A DNA stretch of 57,029 nucleotides, counting the filler, from Sphacelaria rigidula (taxonomy: Eukaryota), in the NCBI GenBank assembly GCA_964200075.2. It is 4 parts of 4 records of this genome, joined end to end, with 100 filler letters (N's around TTAATTAATTAA, not from the genome) between each part and the next. Parts side by side here need not be neighbours in the genome. Positions count along the whole stretch, not along the records: positions 42,851 to 57,029 come from CAXNAA020002407.1; 3 more parts are not named here. One strand, 5' to 3'. Every line of letters starts with the position of its first letter. Position 1 is the stretch's first letter. Of this stretch, positions 48,101 to 57,029 are shown one piece after another. Under the pieces are notes generated by a model. That model saw only the letters and a program-made list of their open reading frames with translations, was not told the origin of the DNA and searched no databases. Both the position numbers and the translations under genes were made by a program.

Positions 48101-49055
48101 GAGGAAATCGGCGCTGAGAGCCACAATATTCGCGTTGTCCGCACTTAACCCGCCGATGGCTACTCACTCAGCCAAAAGCATCCAAGTCCGTAGTATCCAC
48201 CAACTATATATCACAACACCTCGCTCAGTGAACGGAGTATAACGACTTCAGCGTTCGCACTTCGTGTCGGTAAACTAGGCTCACACATGTCGGCACCCTT
48301 ACCTCCAAAGAGGGCCATGACAAGCATGATTATCCACGTTCCGCGCAGGCCCACAGAGGGCTTCAAGCCTGCCAAAATGGCGAACGCTACTGCCGTGGGC
48401 ACGGCGGTAAGTCCAGTTGTGATACCGGCTAGCCACTCCACGCGATTGCTCGTAATCCAGAGCAATACATCTCGCCACTTGTGTGCACTGGAGTTGAACG
48501 AAGAAGGACACCCGCACGACCGCGCGCACGTGTAGGGCTCTTCCTCCTTGTACTGCGTCATGCAAAATACGAATGTGCAATTGCAGTGACAAGAACGGAT
48601 GTCAGTTTTCTGTGTATGAGGTCGCAACATGATGAAACAGCACGTGATGGGATTGACTGTCGCTCACCTCATCCTCGACGAATCGAGCCTAGTCCCGACA
48701 TGGAACTTGCTTGTACTGCTTGCTTGTACCAATTGAATCTGAAGTCTGTATCCATGTCAGAAGCAGACGCACAGTACCGCGTTGGGCATGTTTCCCCCCC
48801 TCAGCCCTCGCCGAAATACGGCAGCAATAGAACCCAAGACTTGATTTTTAATCGGATATCCACTTCGCTGTGTGGGGCGCCTGCACAGTCCTGTACACAC
48901 CACACTACATTAATAAACGTGTGGTGACCGACAGTAGCGACTACCAATGGCAGAGCATGCACGTGACTTTCAGGCTCGTCTTTCTGGAGTGTATTTGAAG
49001 CTAGATCTGACAGTTGATAACTGGTGGAGCGCGAGTGGTGGGGCATACGCGCCAT
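45145..49055 (-). CDS. SulP/SLC26-family anion transporter with C-terminal STAS domain
   Basis: Exons: putative first exon from ATG 49055 (donor uncertain), 48552-48303, 47597-46357, 46037-45814, 45508-45145 (TAG), with phase-consistent GT-AG junctions. Motifs: EWLAGITTGLTAVPTAVAFAILAGLKPSVGL, LFGGRTGM, GFVNGLAIV, GLVESLMT, NIKSGGRTR, NLAIAVAIG; STAS VYEIVGALFFAS...DFSAMETL..LGERY..AGK. Confidence 0.92.
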
Positions 49056-52000
49056 CGTCCTCTCCCTTCCGCACCTGAACGAGTCGACCGATGTCAACAG
49101 TATTGCGAAGGTGCGAAGAGTAAGGTATATCGTCGAGTACCCTGGATTGTCAGTTGATACTGTATCCTCACTACTCTGGATGGGTACTGGGCATATTCGG
49201 ATATTGATATTTACCTACTCGTGAATACCGAATACTTTCGGCAGTCGACACCGTGAGTATTGTGCTGTGCTGGGTTGGGAATTGAATACAGCCAGGTTGG
49301 CGTTCATCATTCGAGAATGGCCATGCTTTGCGTTATTGGGATAGCGACACTAGCGAGGGTGGTACTCTGGCACACATCTCAGGTGTTGTCTTGTTGAAGC
49401 GGGTGTGGCTATTCGCGGTTGGTGTTCGCATTTGTATACCACGTCGTATTTTGTTTTTTTCATAACTTTCGAAACCGTTTCTTTCGGGACCCGGCACAAA
49501 GCGACAAGAGCTTTCGCTTTACATACAACCCCGTCGCTCAGAAGGAGCTCCTATTATGGCGGCGTTTCAAACAAAAGGTATCTAACCAGTTGGAACCAGC
49601 TCCGAAATGCTCCTCCCGTCCTTAATTCTTATTTTCTTCACAAGACACGCTTTGGGTGTGGAAGCACTGCTGCGAGAGTGACAAGGTTGCGAAAGCATAC
49701 AGGGAAGATAGTAGGTACAGTATAGGTATCTTGTAGCAGTAGTGGTAGCACCAATTGTAAGGAAATCATGAGAGAACGTGTTGAAGGAAAATGCTCAGGC
49801 GTAACCCAACACACCACTAGGTCTGAACCTTATCTTATGGCTCAACAGCGGTCGGGCACTCTTCTTCACTAGTTCTCATACCAACACTCGACACACTGCA
49901 AGTAGGCGGGCCAAATAGGCGTGCTGCTTCACTTGGGAAACAAGTTTTGGAATCGAATTGACCAGTCCATCTCCACTCATATATGGAGGATCGCGGCCCT
50001 GTCATACCCTCCTGTTCTCTCCTAGTACGCGACAGAGTTCCATTCTCAACTCTTTCATATTCTTGGGGAGAATGCTCGAGTACTTGTCCACCAGGTATGT
50101 GGTACATTTTTATTACATACCTTGACTTTCTCCTGCGATTCCTCGATGCCTCACTGGTGTGCCGTTACACGTACATATTTCAGCGGGGGAAATTACGACA
50201 TGCCGCGTACCACTGCACGCATGAACGCATCACCAGTGGAGCGGTCCTTGTGCCTAGATGCCCGCGAACCATGGGCCTCAATTAAAGAGTTGATGTCATC
50301 GTTGACAACCAAAATCGCAGTCGAACAGTCAACCCTTTCACCACCAAGCATGAAGAGTTCGGGACGTTTGCGGTAGGAGCAATCGTTGACGCAAATTCAA
50401 CAAGCAACACACAAAGGGCGGGGATGGCTACCTGACGCAAACTGTTCCGTGTCTGTTACTGAAGCAGCAGAGATGGTGCTTGGTATTTTCCGAGGTTTGC
50501 ATTTCAGGTCGGTGTTGAAGAAACACAGTAACCCAACTTGCATGCACATTTAAATTCCTCGACATCGTAGACACGGTGCATGCACGAAACCATCACCACT
50601 TCTCGAACTTGATTCCAGTACGCTCCCACGGGAGGCATCGTTGTATACTTGTCCCAGTATGGGCACTGTGGATACTTCTTCCCTGCACATGGAGAATCAA
50701 AGAAAAAGTAAACGTCCACTGCCGCAAACGGCGAGACTCACACTTGCAAAATGCACAAGGATACCCTCAAGTTCCGTACCTGAGGGCGAGGACGACGACG
50801 ACAGCGCCCTCGCAAGTGCACGGGTGATACAGTAAAACGTGGCCCTCATCTGCTCCGTGTTCGGAGGCCACGAGCATTTGCTTCTTGCGAAGCTGCAACA
50901 TAGCGCAGACATTTTTTTTTGTCATTTTCAAGAATCTTGTTCTCCCGCGGATTTCTGCTCCTCATATTTCTCTTCATATCTTCCAGCTGTTACTACACCG
51001 ACGAGCCGGTTTCGTTGCTTCCGCGAAGCTTGGACATCTGCTTCTATCGAATCTAGAACGTTGCGTAGACAAGATGCATGGTCATGTCCTACTCTTCGTT
51101 TCGCCGAGGGACGAGACGCACCGGAATTTTCGCGCTGATAGTTTTCCAACAATTTTTTCCTTTAGTTTTTCAAAACACGAACTCCCAAAACACTTCAAAA
51201 TACATTTATTTCATCTGATCTGATCAATTGGGACGCAAGAAACCAACCAACATGATTCCATTTATCGCAACACCAACCTCACTGTATATGTGCATGAGCG
51301 AGCTATGGCCGGTGGCATCAGCAGTAGCCAGTAGTGATGCGACGTGGTGAAGGCAGTCGCTACATCCTTTCATCATTTTATCCCTTTGACGGTGACCGCC
51401 CCGCAGGTGGAATGAGATCAACTATGTCACAATTACGGTTCAGAAGAGCTCTTTCTCGCAACACAAAACGCCTCATTTCATGAACATGTCGATATTGGGC
51501 GTCTATATAGAACATAGTCACGGAGAACGTCCGACCGGTTTTGACCCTGAAGTCAATTGTGTGCAGTCAATATATGAGTTATGTCTTCGCTGGATGCAAC
51601 AGCAGGTCACAGTCAGCGTGCCGTGACGCTCCACTGAACATAGTCGACTGTATGCTGCGGATTTCCCTGCTTTGTGTTCCGCAACAACACTACAGACAGC
51701 GTGGGGCTATGCTGGCAACAAACGACGGATCAGGCAGGCGGCACAGACCACGTGCACAGTAAAAAGTACCTTGCTTGCGTGTTATGGTTGAATTGTCGTG
51801 ACCAAAATGACAAATACGACGGGACAGCGAACTAGTCCACCTGTAAAGGAACAAAGTGACTTTTTTGATAGCCGCGATTGGCCAGAATGGTCGCCACTCT
51901 CGGGCTTCGTTTCTGGATTAGATTCTCCGTAGGAAACTTCCGAACACACATGGTTGACTTTGTGAGCGTCAGGGCCATTCTGCGAACAGGTCCCCACCCC

Positions 52001-52431
52001 TCGGCCCGCTGAAACCCCCGGCTGTCATGTCCCTGCACCGTCAGCCTGTGGAACTGTGCCGAAGCGACGCTCGCTGTGTAAGGGTCAAACTGTACTATTC
52101 ATCGAGTGATTGATTAGTCCAAGGTTGTATTTTGCAGGGTATGGTTTTCTGTTTACCCCGGGTATTTACCGTGCCCCACAGTTCTGTGACTTCCGTACCC
52201 TTACCCAACATGTCCGTGAGTTTTGTCAGCCTCTCGTACTGTCACCGGGGGGCACGGGTACGTCCTTGATAAGATACCCGGTGGCGAGTGGGGTTGTCAC
52301 TGGCGGGTCAGCTTCCTGTGAAGTAGTCATCTCCGGTTGACGTGCGTATTCAGGTTTTCATGATGCTCATACATTCAAGTGTAACGGTGTGGCTTCCACA
52401 CGATGACAATATATTCGCGGAAACGTTCGCC

Positions 52432-52906
52432 TGTGGCGGTTCAAGAGACAACCAACTAGACTACTGACTGGTCAGAAGTCTAGTTGGTCGTCTCTTGAAC
52501 CGTCACAAAATTTAGTTGTGGGTGTTCAATTCCCGTCACTTTCACTCCGAGGAGGGCGCCTCATCTTGCCAGCGCTCCATCGAATGCCATCACAACCTCT
52601 AGTGTTGACGTTTTCACCGTGTCCATGCGTTACTCGTCTCCCCCACTCGTTCCCAGAGTGTGTGCACCGGGGTCCTTAGCTGTACACTCCAAACATAGCC
52701 AACATACCCCACCCTTTTTCTTTTGGGCCAATTTTTTACAGAGGTTTTCTCTCCTTGGGTCCATTTTTTGTCAGAAGTTTTCGCCCCTCTTTTTTCTTCA
52801 AAGAAAGTGCGTCCGACGGGAATCAAACCAGCGACTAATTATTGTGACGGTTCAAGAGACAACCAACTAGTCAGTAGTCTAGTTGGTTGTGTCTTAAACC
52901 GTCACA
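52432..52906. repeat. Inverted pair of units, each a 65-75-bp palindrome followed by a tRNA T-arm/B-box-like segment
   Basis: tgtg(g/a)cggttcaagagacaaccaactag...ctagttggt.gt.tctt.aaccgtcaca at 52432-52507 and 52843-52906. Inner flanks: tagttgtgggtgttcaattcccgtc (+) and tagtcgctggtttgattcccgtc (-). Confidence 0.8.
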
Positions 52907-53979
52907 CGCCCCACAGCGAATTGCATCAGAGCGAGTACACGTTGACACACGATCAACGCAAACGGAATCATAGCGATGGGCGTTCCTCCCTCTCAAACCC
53001 CTGCTGTGCCGACTAGGCACGAGCTCGTGGCGGTGAGAGGCGATGAAGGGAGGGCAACCCCGGTTGCTGTGTCCGTTTTGAAAATGCAAGCAATATGTCT
53101 CCAAGTCTCGCCCGCACGACGACGCCTAGGCTGCCAAGATCACGATGTTAGTCCAAACTTCGCAACTCAGATTCTCAGCCTACGAAACGCCATTTACGCT
53201 CACACGATGATCACTCTACAAACACTGGCGGGACTGTCAAGGACGGGATTCTCGGCACAGGAGGCTTCGGCGAGGAAATTGAATGTTATTTGATCGTCTG
53301 TTCAACATACTGTTGCAGCGACTTACTTGACGTCATCACTGGCGTCCTTCATTTTGCGTCAAGGATAGAGAGGACATTGGCGAAATATGATACAAAAACG
53401 ATGTCATGGAATAAGTACCGTAATTGTGCGTGTCATCGCACACCCCCTGGATCGAATTTCAAAGCTCGATTACTCCACAACAAGAAGAGCATCACTTCTG
53501 AAAAGGGTGACGCTGTAAAGATCTCGTCGATACCTGTCCGAAAACGCGTCGTTTGGTATTGGCATCGTTTCCGTCATGGAGTAATCGGGCCTTGAAATTC
53601 GGTCCATGGGGTGTGCGATGAATCGCACAGTTACGTACCTAGACAGTTCGTTCTTGTGTGGAGGGAGACTCTAGGGTCGAGATGAGATGTGTCTCGAGGG
53701 GGGACCGTGATCGGTGCCGTCTTGAGTTGGAGTATGACTATTACTCCGGGGACAGGATAGACAATGACCCGAGGAGACAGGCTAGTGTTCCAGAGGAAAC
53801 GTTCCCGGAACTATACCGGGGACATGAACATTTGTGGAACGAGGTACAGGGATCCAACAGTTTTCCTTGTATGGACTGAAACTACGATAAAAGCAGCTGA
53901 AATCTGCCGCACGTGCATGAGCTACAGCAGCGATCCTTGTCACAGGGATGAACAGTGAGGTGAACTGATCTTTTCCCAC

Positions 53980-55630
53980 ACTCTCCCCGCAGCCAGCAGG
54001 GTGCGGCGCGATCTCCAAATCTCTCCAAAACTCAGCCAGCATCCAACCTATTTAAAATATTTCATGTCATTCACGACGTCGAACCAAATCTCTCCAGAAC
54101 AGTACATTACAGGTACAGTAGTAGTGTAATCTCAGCACGTGAACCAAACTCCGAGACAGCGGTTTCGCAATGCACGAGGAAGCGTAGTACCTTCACAGAA
54201 CCCATCACCAGATATGCTTTAGTAAAAGGAGCGATCTACGACTAGTCCGACGCCATCAGCGGGTACTATCGACAGCTCTTGGCCGTGGCTTCCTAGCGTG
54301 AATTTCACGTGCGTATACATCTGTGAGCAAAATGTACTGTCGGTGCCAGATTGGGTTCAAGGTCAGTCTCTTGGCTGCCTCGGTCACAAAAACATGTACC
54401 ATATCCCATTGTGGGCCTTCGTACGCACACTCACGGACAAAACTGTGGCACGTGGTGGATGAAAGAGCACGGATACTAGATTAGTAGGGTCTGAACTGAG
54501 ATCTGAATGAAAACGTACGCTCGACATGGAGTTCAGGGGAGATTTAAGTTTGAAAAAACAAGTATCACACATGTTCGGCCCGCCTGATACACGTCCTTCT
54601 CTCGCTTTAGCCGCGAACCAAGGCAATGTCGGACTCGTGTCACCCTACCGTAAAAATACATCATGTGTCCACTGCACTGCCATATCCATCTATGCCATAG
54701 GTGCCGAGGGGATGAAGTATATTCCAAAATATTCCGAAATCCGGGAAATCTCCCAGAAAAGCACAACCGTTTCATTTCCTCTGAAAATGAAACGTGTTTC
54801 AAGTAAAAGTCATCGTATATGTGTGTTGTGTGTTGTCGTCCCTTTTATTCGTATACCGATGTGTAACGGCTACGAGTATTTTCAATTCCAGACCCTGGAC
54901 AACCTGCGTTCATCACTTGCAATAAAAAGTGTGTGGATGCAATATAGGCTATCGCGCGTACTACAGTCAGTGTGGTGAAATTTCAATTTGCTGTTGTACT
55001 TGCAGTACGATGAAGTTCACTAGTCCGTCAAGTTCAGAGTAAATTCAAGCTCGGGAGTACAGGACGGCTGTCAAAACAAGCTGTGCCAGCCGCCTCTGTG
55101 CGGTGTTATCGTCATAGGTTCAGCAATAAGAACTAGATGGGCTGACAGGCGGCATTCGCACGCCCGTGGGGCTCGCACACGCTCTCGCTTAGTTGTTGCA
55201 CACCCTAAACTACAACCTGGTTGGAACTGAGCCTCTCTGCTGTGTTGCACTGGCACTGTAAGAACTGTGAACTGTCAGTACTTTGGCTCGTGTACGTACC
55301 AACAAGTGAAAATTCAGAGGTTTTCTCTCGACTTGCAGATGAAGCAGAAGTGACGAAACCGTCTGGCGTCCTTCACCAAGCCTCCGAATCACATACAAAC
55401 ATTGGATATGATATGAATCAGCTGATGGGGGTCAAAATAGGGAAAGGAACAGACTGGCTGGCCGCTGGAGGAAAAGTCGATTATCCTAGTGCCCACAGGA
55501 GCTTGGAGGCTCCAATCTTGGTTGCAGTTGTCAACACGACGACCGCCGCCATCGCTACCGACAGACACTAGAGAAAGCGACGTGCTGAACGCGCCGCTCC
55601 AAAAGCCCTATAATAGTGAAACTGCCGAAG

Positions 55631-55687
<57 letters not shown>

Positions 55688-56384
55688 GTCATCCCATCTA
55701 TTATGGACGCCCGTCTACACCTTCCGATATATGTGGGCGCATCAGCCGGGGTGGGGTTACACAGGAGGAAGGTCAACACAGGACCTTTTTCTTTTTGAGC
55801 GTGCTGTCTGTACAAATTTTCCTCTCGTGAAAAGGTGAAAGGCGAATGCATCTCACATGCCAAATCTCATCCTCATGAAGGGCTGCATGTCGTTATCCTC
55901 AAAGACGTAGTCCCGGACCCAAACCAACGATAAAACCACCCACGATCTGAAGAGCCACAGTTGGCGGGTGATGGGTTCGCCCACAATGTGGCGGTTCGGG
56001 CTAAATCATGGCTGGTACACACACGAAGCACAAGCCCGGGGCTGGCTACGTGAATTTCTTCTCACACAGCCATCGATAAGGGCATACCTATTTTGGGGAT
56101 TTCTCCTCTCGAGGTCAGGGACCGACGATCAACAGCGCATACGAGGCCTCATCATCATTCGACATCGATTTCTAAACCATACAGGTCCCGAGGGTTATCT
56201 ACAGACGACCCCCTCGGCATACGATGCTAATGCCGCATGACGTTGTATATTTTCTCACCTCCTCCGGCTCCCAGTTGAGCTCGCCAGTCTTGAGATCGAC
56301 TGTACTTCTGCCGGGAACAGTGGAGTCGGAGGCGTGCCGCACAGAGTCGCCGTCACCTCCGCTAACTGGACTCTGGGGAGCCAT
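53980..56384 (-). CDS. Probable multi-exon gene of unknown function (5' exons; 3' part unresolved)
   Basis: Candidate exons: 56384-56259 (MAPQSPVSGG...NWEPEE|GTGAGA), 56171-56143, 56000-55857 (PNRHIVGEPITRQLWLFRSWVVLSLVWVRDYVFEDNDMQPFMRMRFG|GTGAGA), 55554-~55397 (DGGGRRVDNCNQDWSLQ...FDPHQLIHII), and an exon-like block at ~54048-53980 (WMLAEFWRDLEIAPHP). The first four join in phase, but the splice-site choices are not unique. Confidence 0.45.
55633..55800 (-). mobile_element. 5'-truncated SINE with expanded (CA)n tail, seen as (GT)n on plus
   Basis: (gt)n followed by tgtcatcccatcta...gtctacaccttc.gatat...cacaggaggaaggtcaacacagga, the 3' half of the SINE family. Confidence 0.85.
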
Positions 56385-56565
56385 CGTTGCCAGTTATCTT
56401 CCTGTATGCAAATTATTATGGCCTGCGCGAAAGTTGGTGTCGGGCGCGTGGTTTTTTGATGCGAGTGACTGAATTTTCGTCATCAAATGCGTTGTATGCT
56501 GCTGAACTGGATTATACTGCTGTGCAGGAGGCGCGGTGCGGGTTGATACTCAGTACATACTGCCG

Positions 56566-56584
56566 ATTATTATTATTATTATTA

Positions 56585-56644
<60 letters not shown>
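56566..56644. repeat. (ATT)n microsatellite
   Basis: About 26 ATT units with one interruption. Confidence 0.95.
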
Positions 56645-56646
<2 letters not shown>

Positions 56647-57029
56647 CCATCACATTAGCTCTATCTCTCGAACTCCGATGAAAAACTTATTTCTACTATA
56701 TCACACTAGCCACTTACTTTTGCAGAGCCGTTATGCATTTTTCCTCCCGGCTTTCGGCTTTCGGAACAGCATAATCGGCCTCATCGCCGGTGGTCGCAAG
56801 GATGAAGCTGTAACTGAAAAGCATCTCCATTATTTTTAAAAGTACCACTCCCCGCGAGAGCACACGGTGGATCATGTGCCCCCAAGCCCATAGTCGTTTA
56901 CTGTACTGTATCTGCATTATTTAGCTAAATATACTTTTATAAAACGGTAACTACAGTAGTAGTACCGGCCCGCTAGTAAGAAACGTGTCAGTAAAAAAAT
57001 CAGCCTCAAATTTTAGACAAACTTAGGAA

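Noticed and set aside
4352-49055. Carbon-fixation cluster (RbcX-like chaperone plus possible bicarbonate SulP)
   Set aside because: The genes are more than 33 kb apart across three artificial scaffold joins, and both functions are only inferred.
56387-56839. ORFs with poly-Tyr, poly-Leu, CV or ER repeats (also 29911, 55616, 37202)
   Set aside because: Produced by microsatellites.

Overview
Intron-rich, repeat-dense eukaryotic DNA, most consistent with a brown alga (Phaeophyceae/ochrophyte; inferred from gene structure and repeat style). The window is four segments joined by 100-nt artificial spacers (N..TTAATTAATTAA..N at 14188, 28470, 42751), so neighbourhood across those points is not guaranteed. 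Two spliced genes can be built by hand with phase-consistent GT-AG junctions. (1) Minus strand, 4352 to at least 11823, 8 or more exons: a protein with two tandem RbcX-like repeats (family call inferred from motif resemblance). (2) Minus strand, 45145 to ~49055: a SulP/SLC26 anion transporter with a STAS domain and unusual substrate-site residues. A third spliced minus-strand gene of unknown function probably starts at 56384. The rest is largely transposon debris: a decayed PIF/Harbinger-like unit (Myb-like plus DDE remnants), LINE fragments, tRNA-derived SINEs, MITEs, fold-back palindromes (one ~2 kb, split by LINE insertions) and a ~124-bp satellite. No CRISPR array, rRNA or intact tRNA gene was seen.
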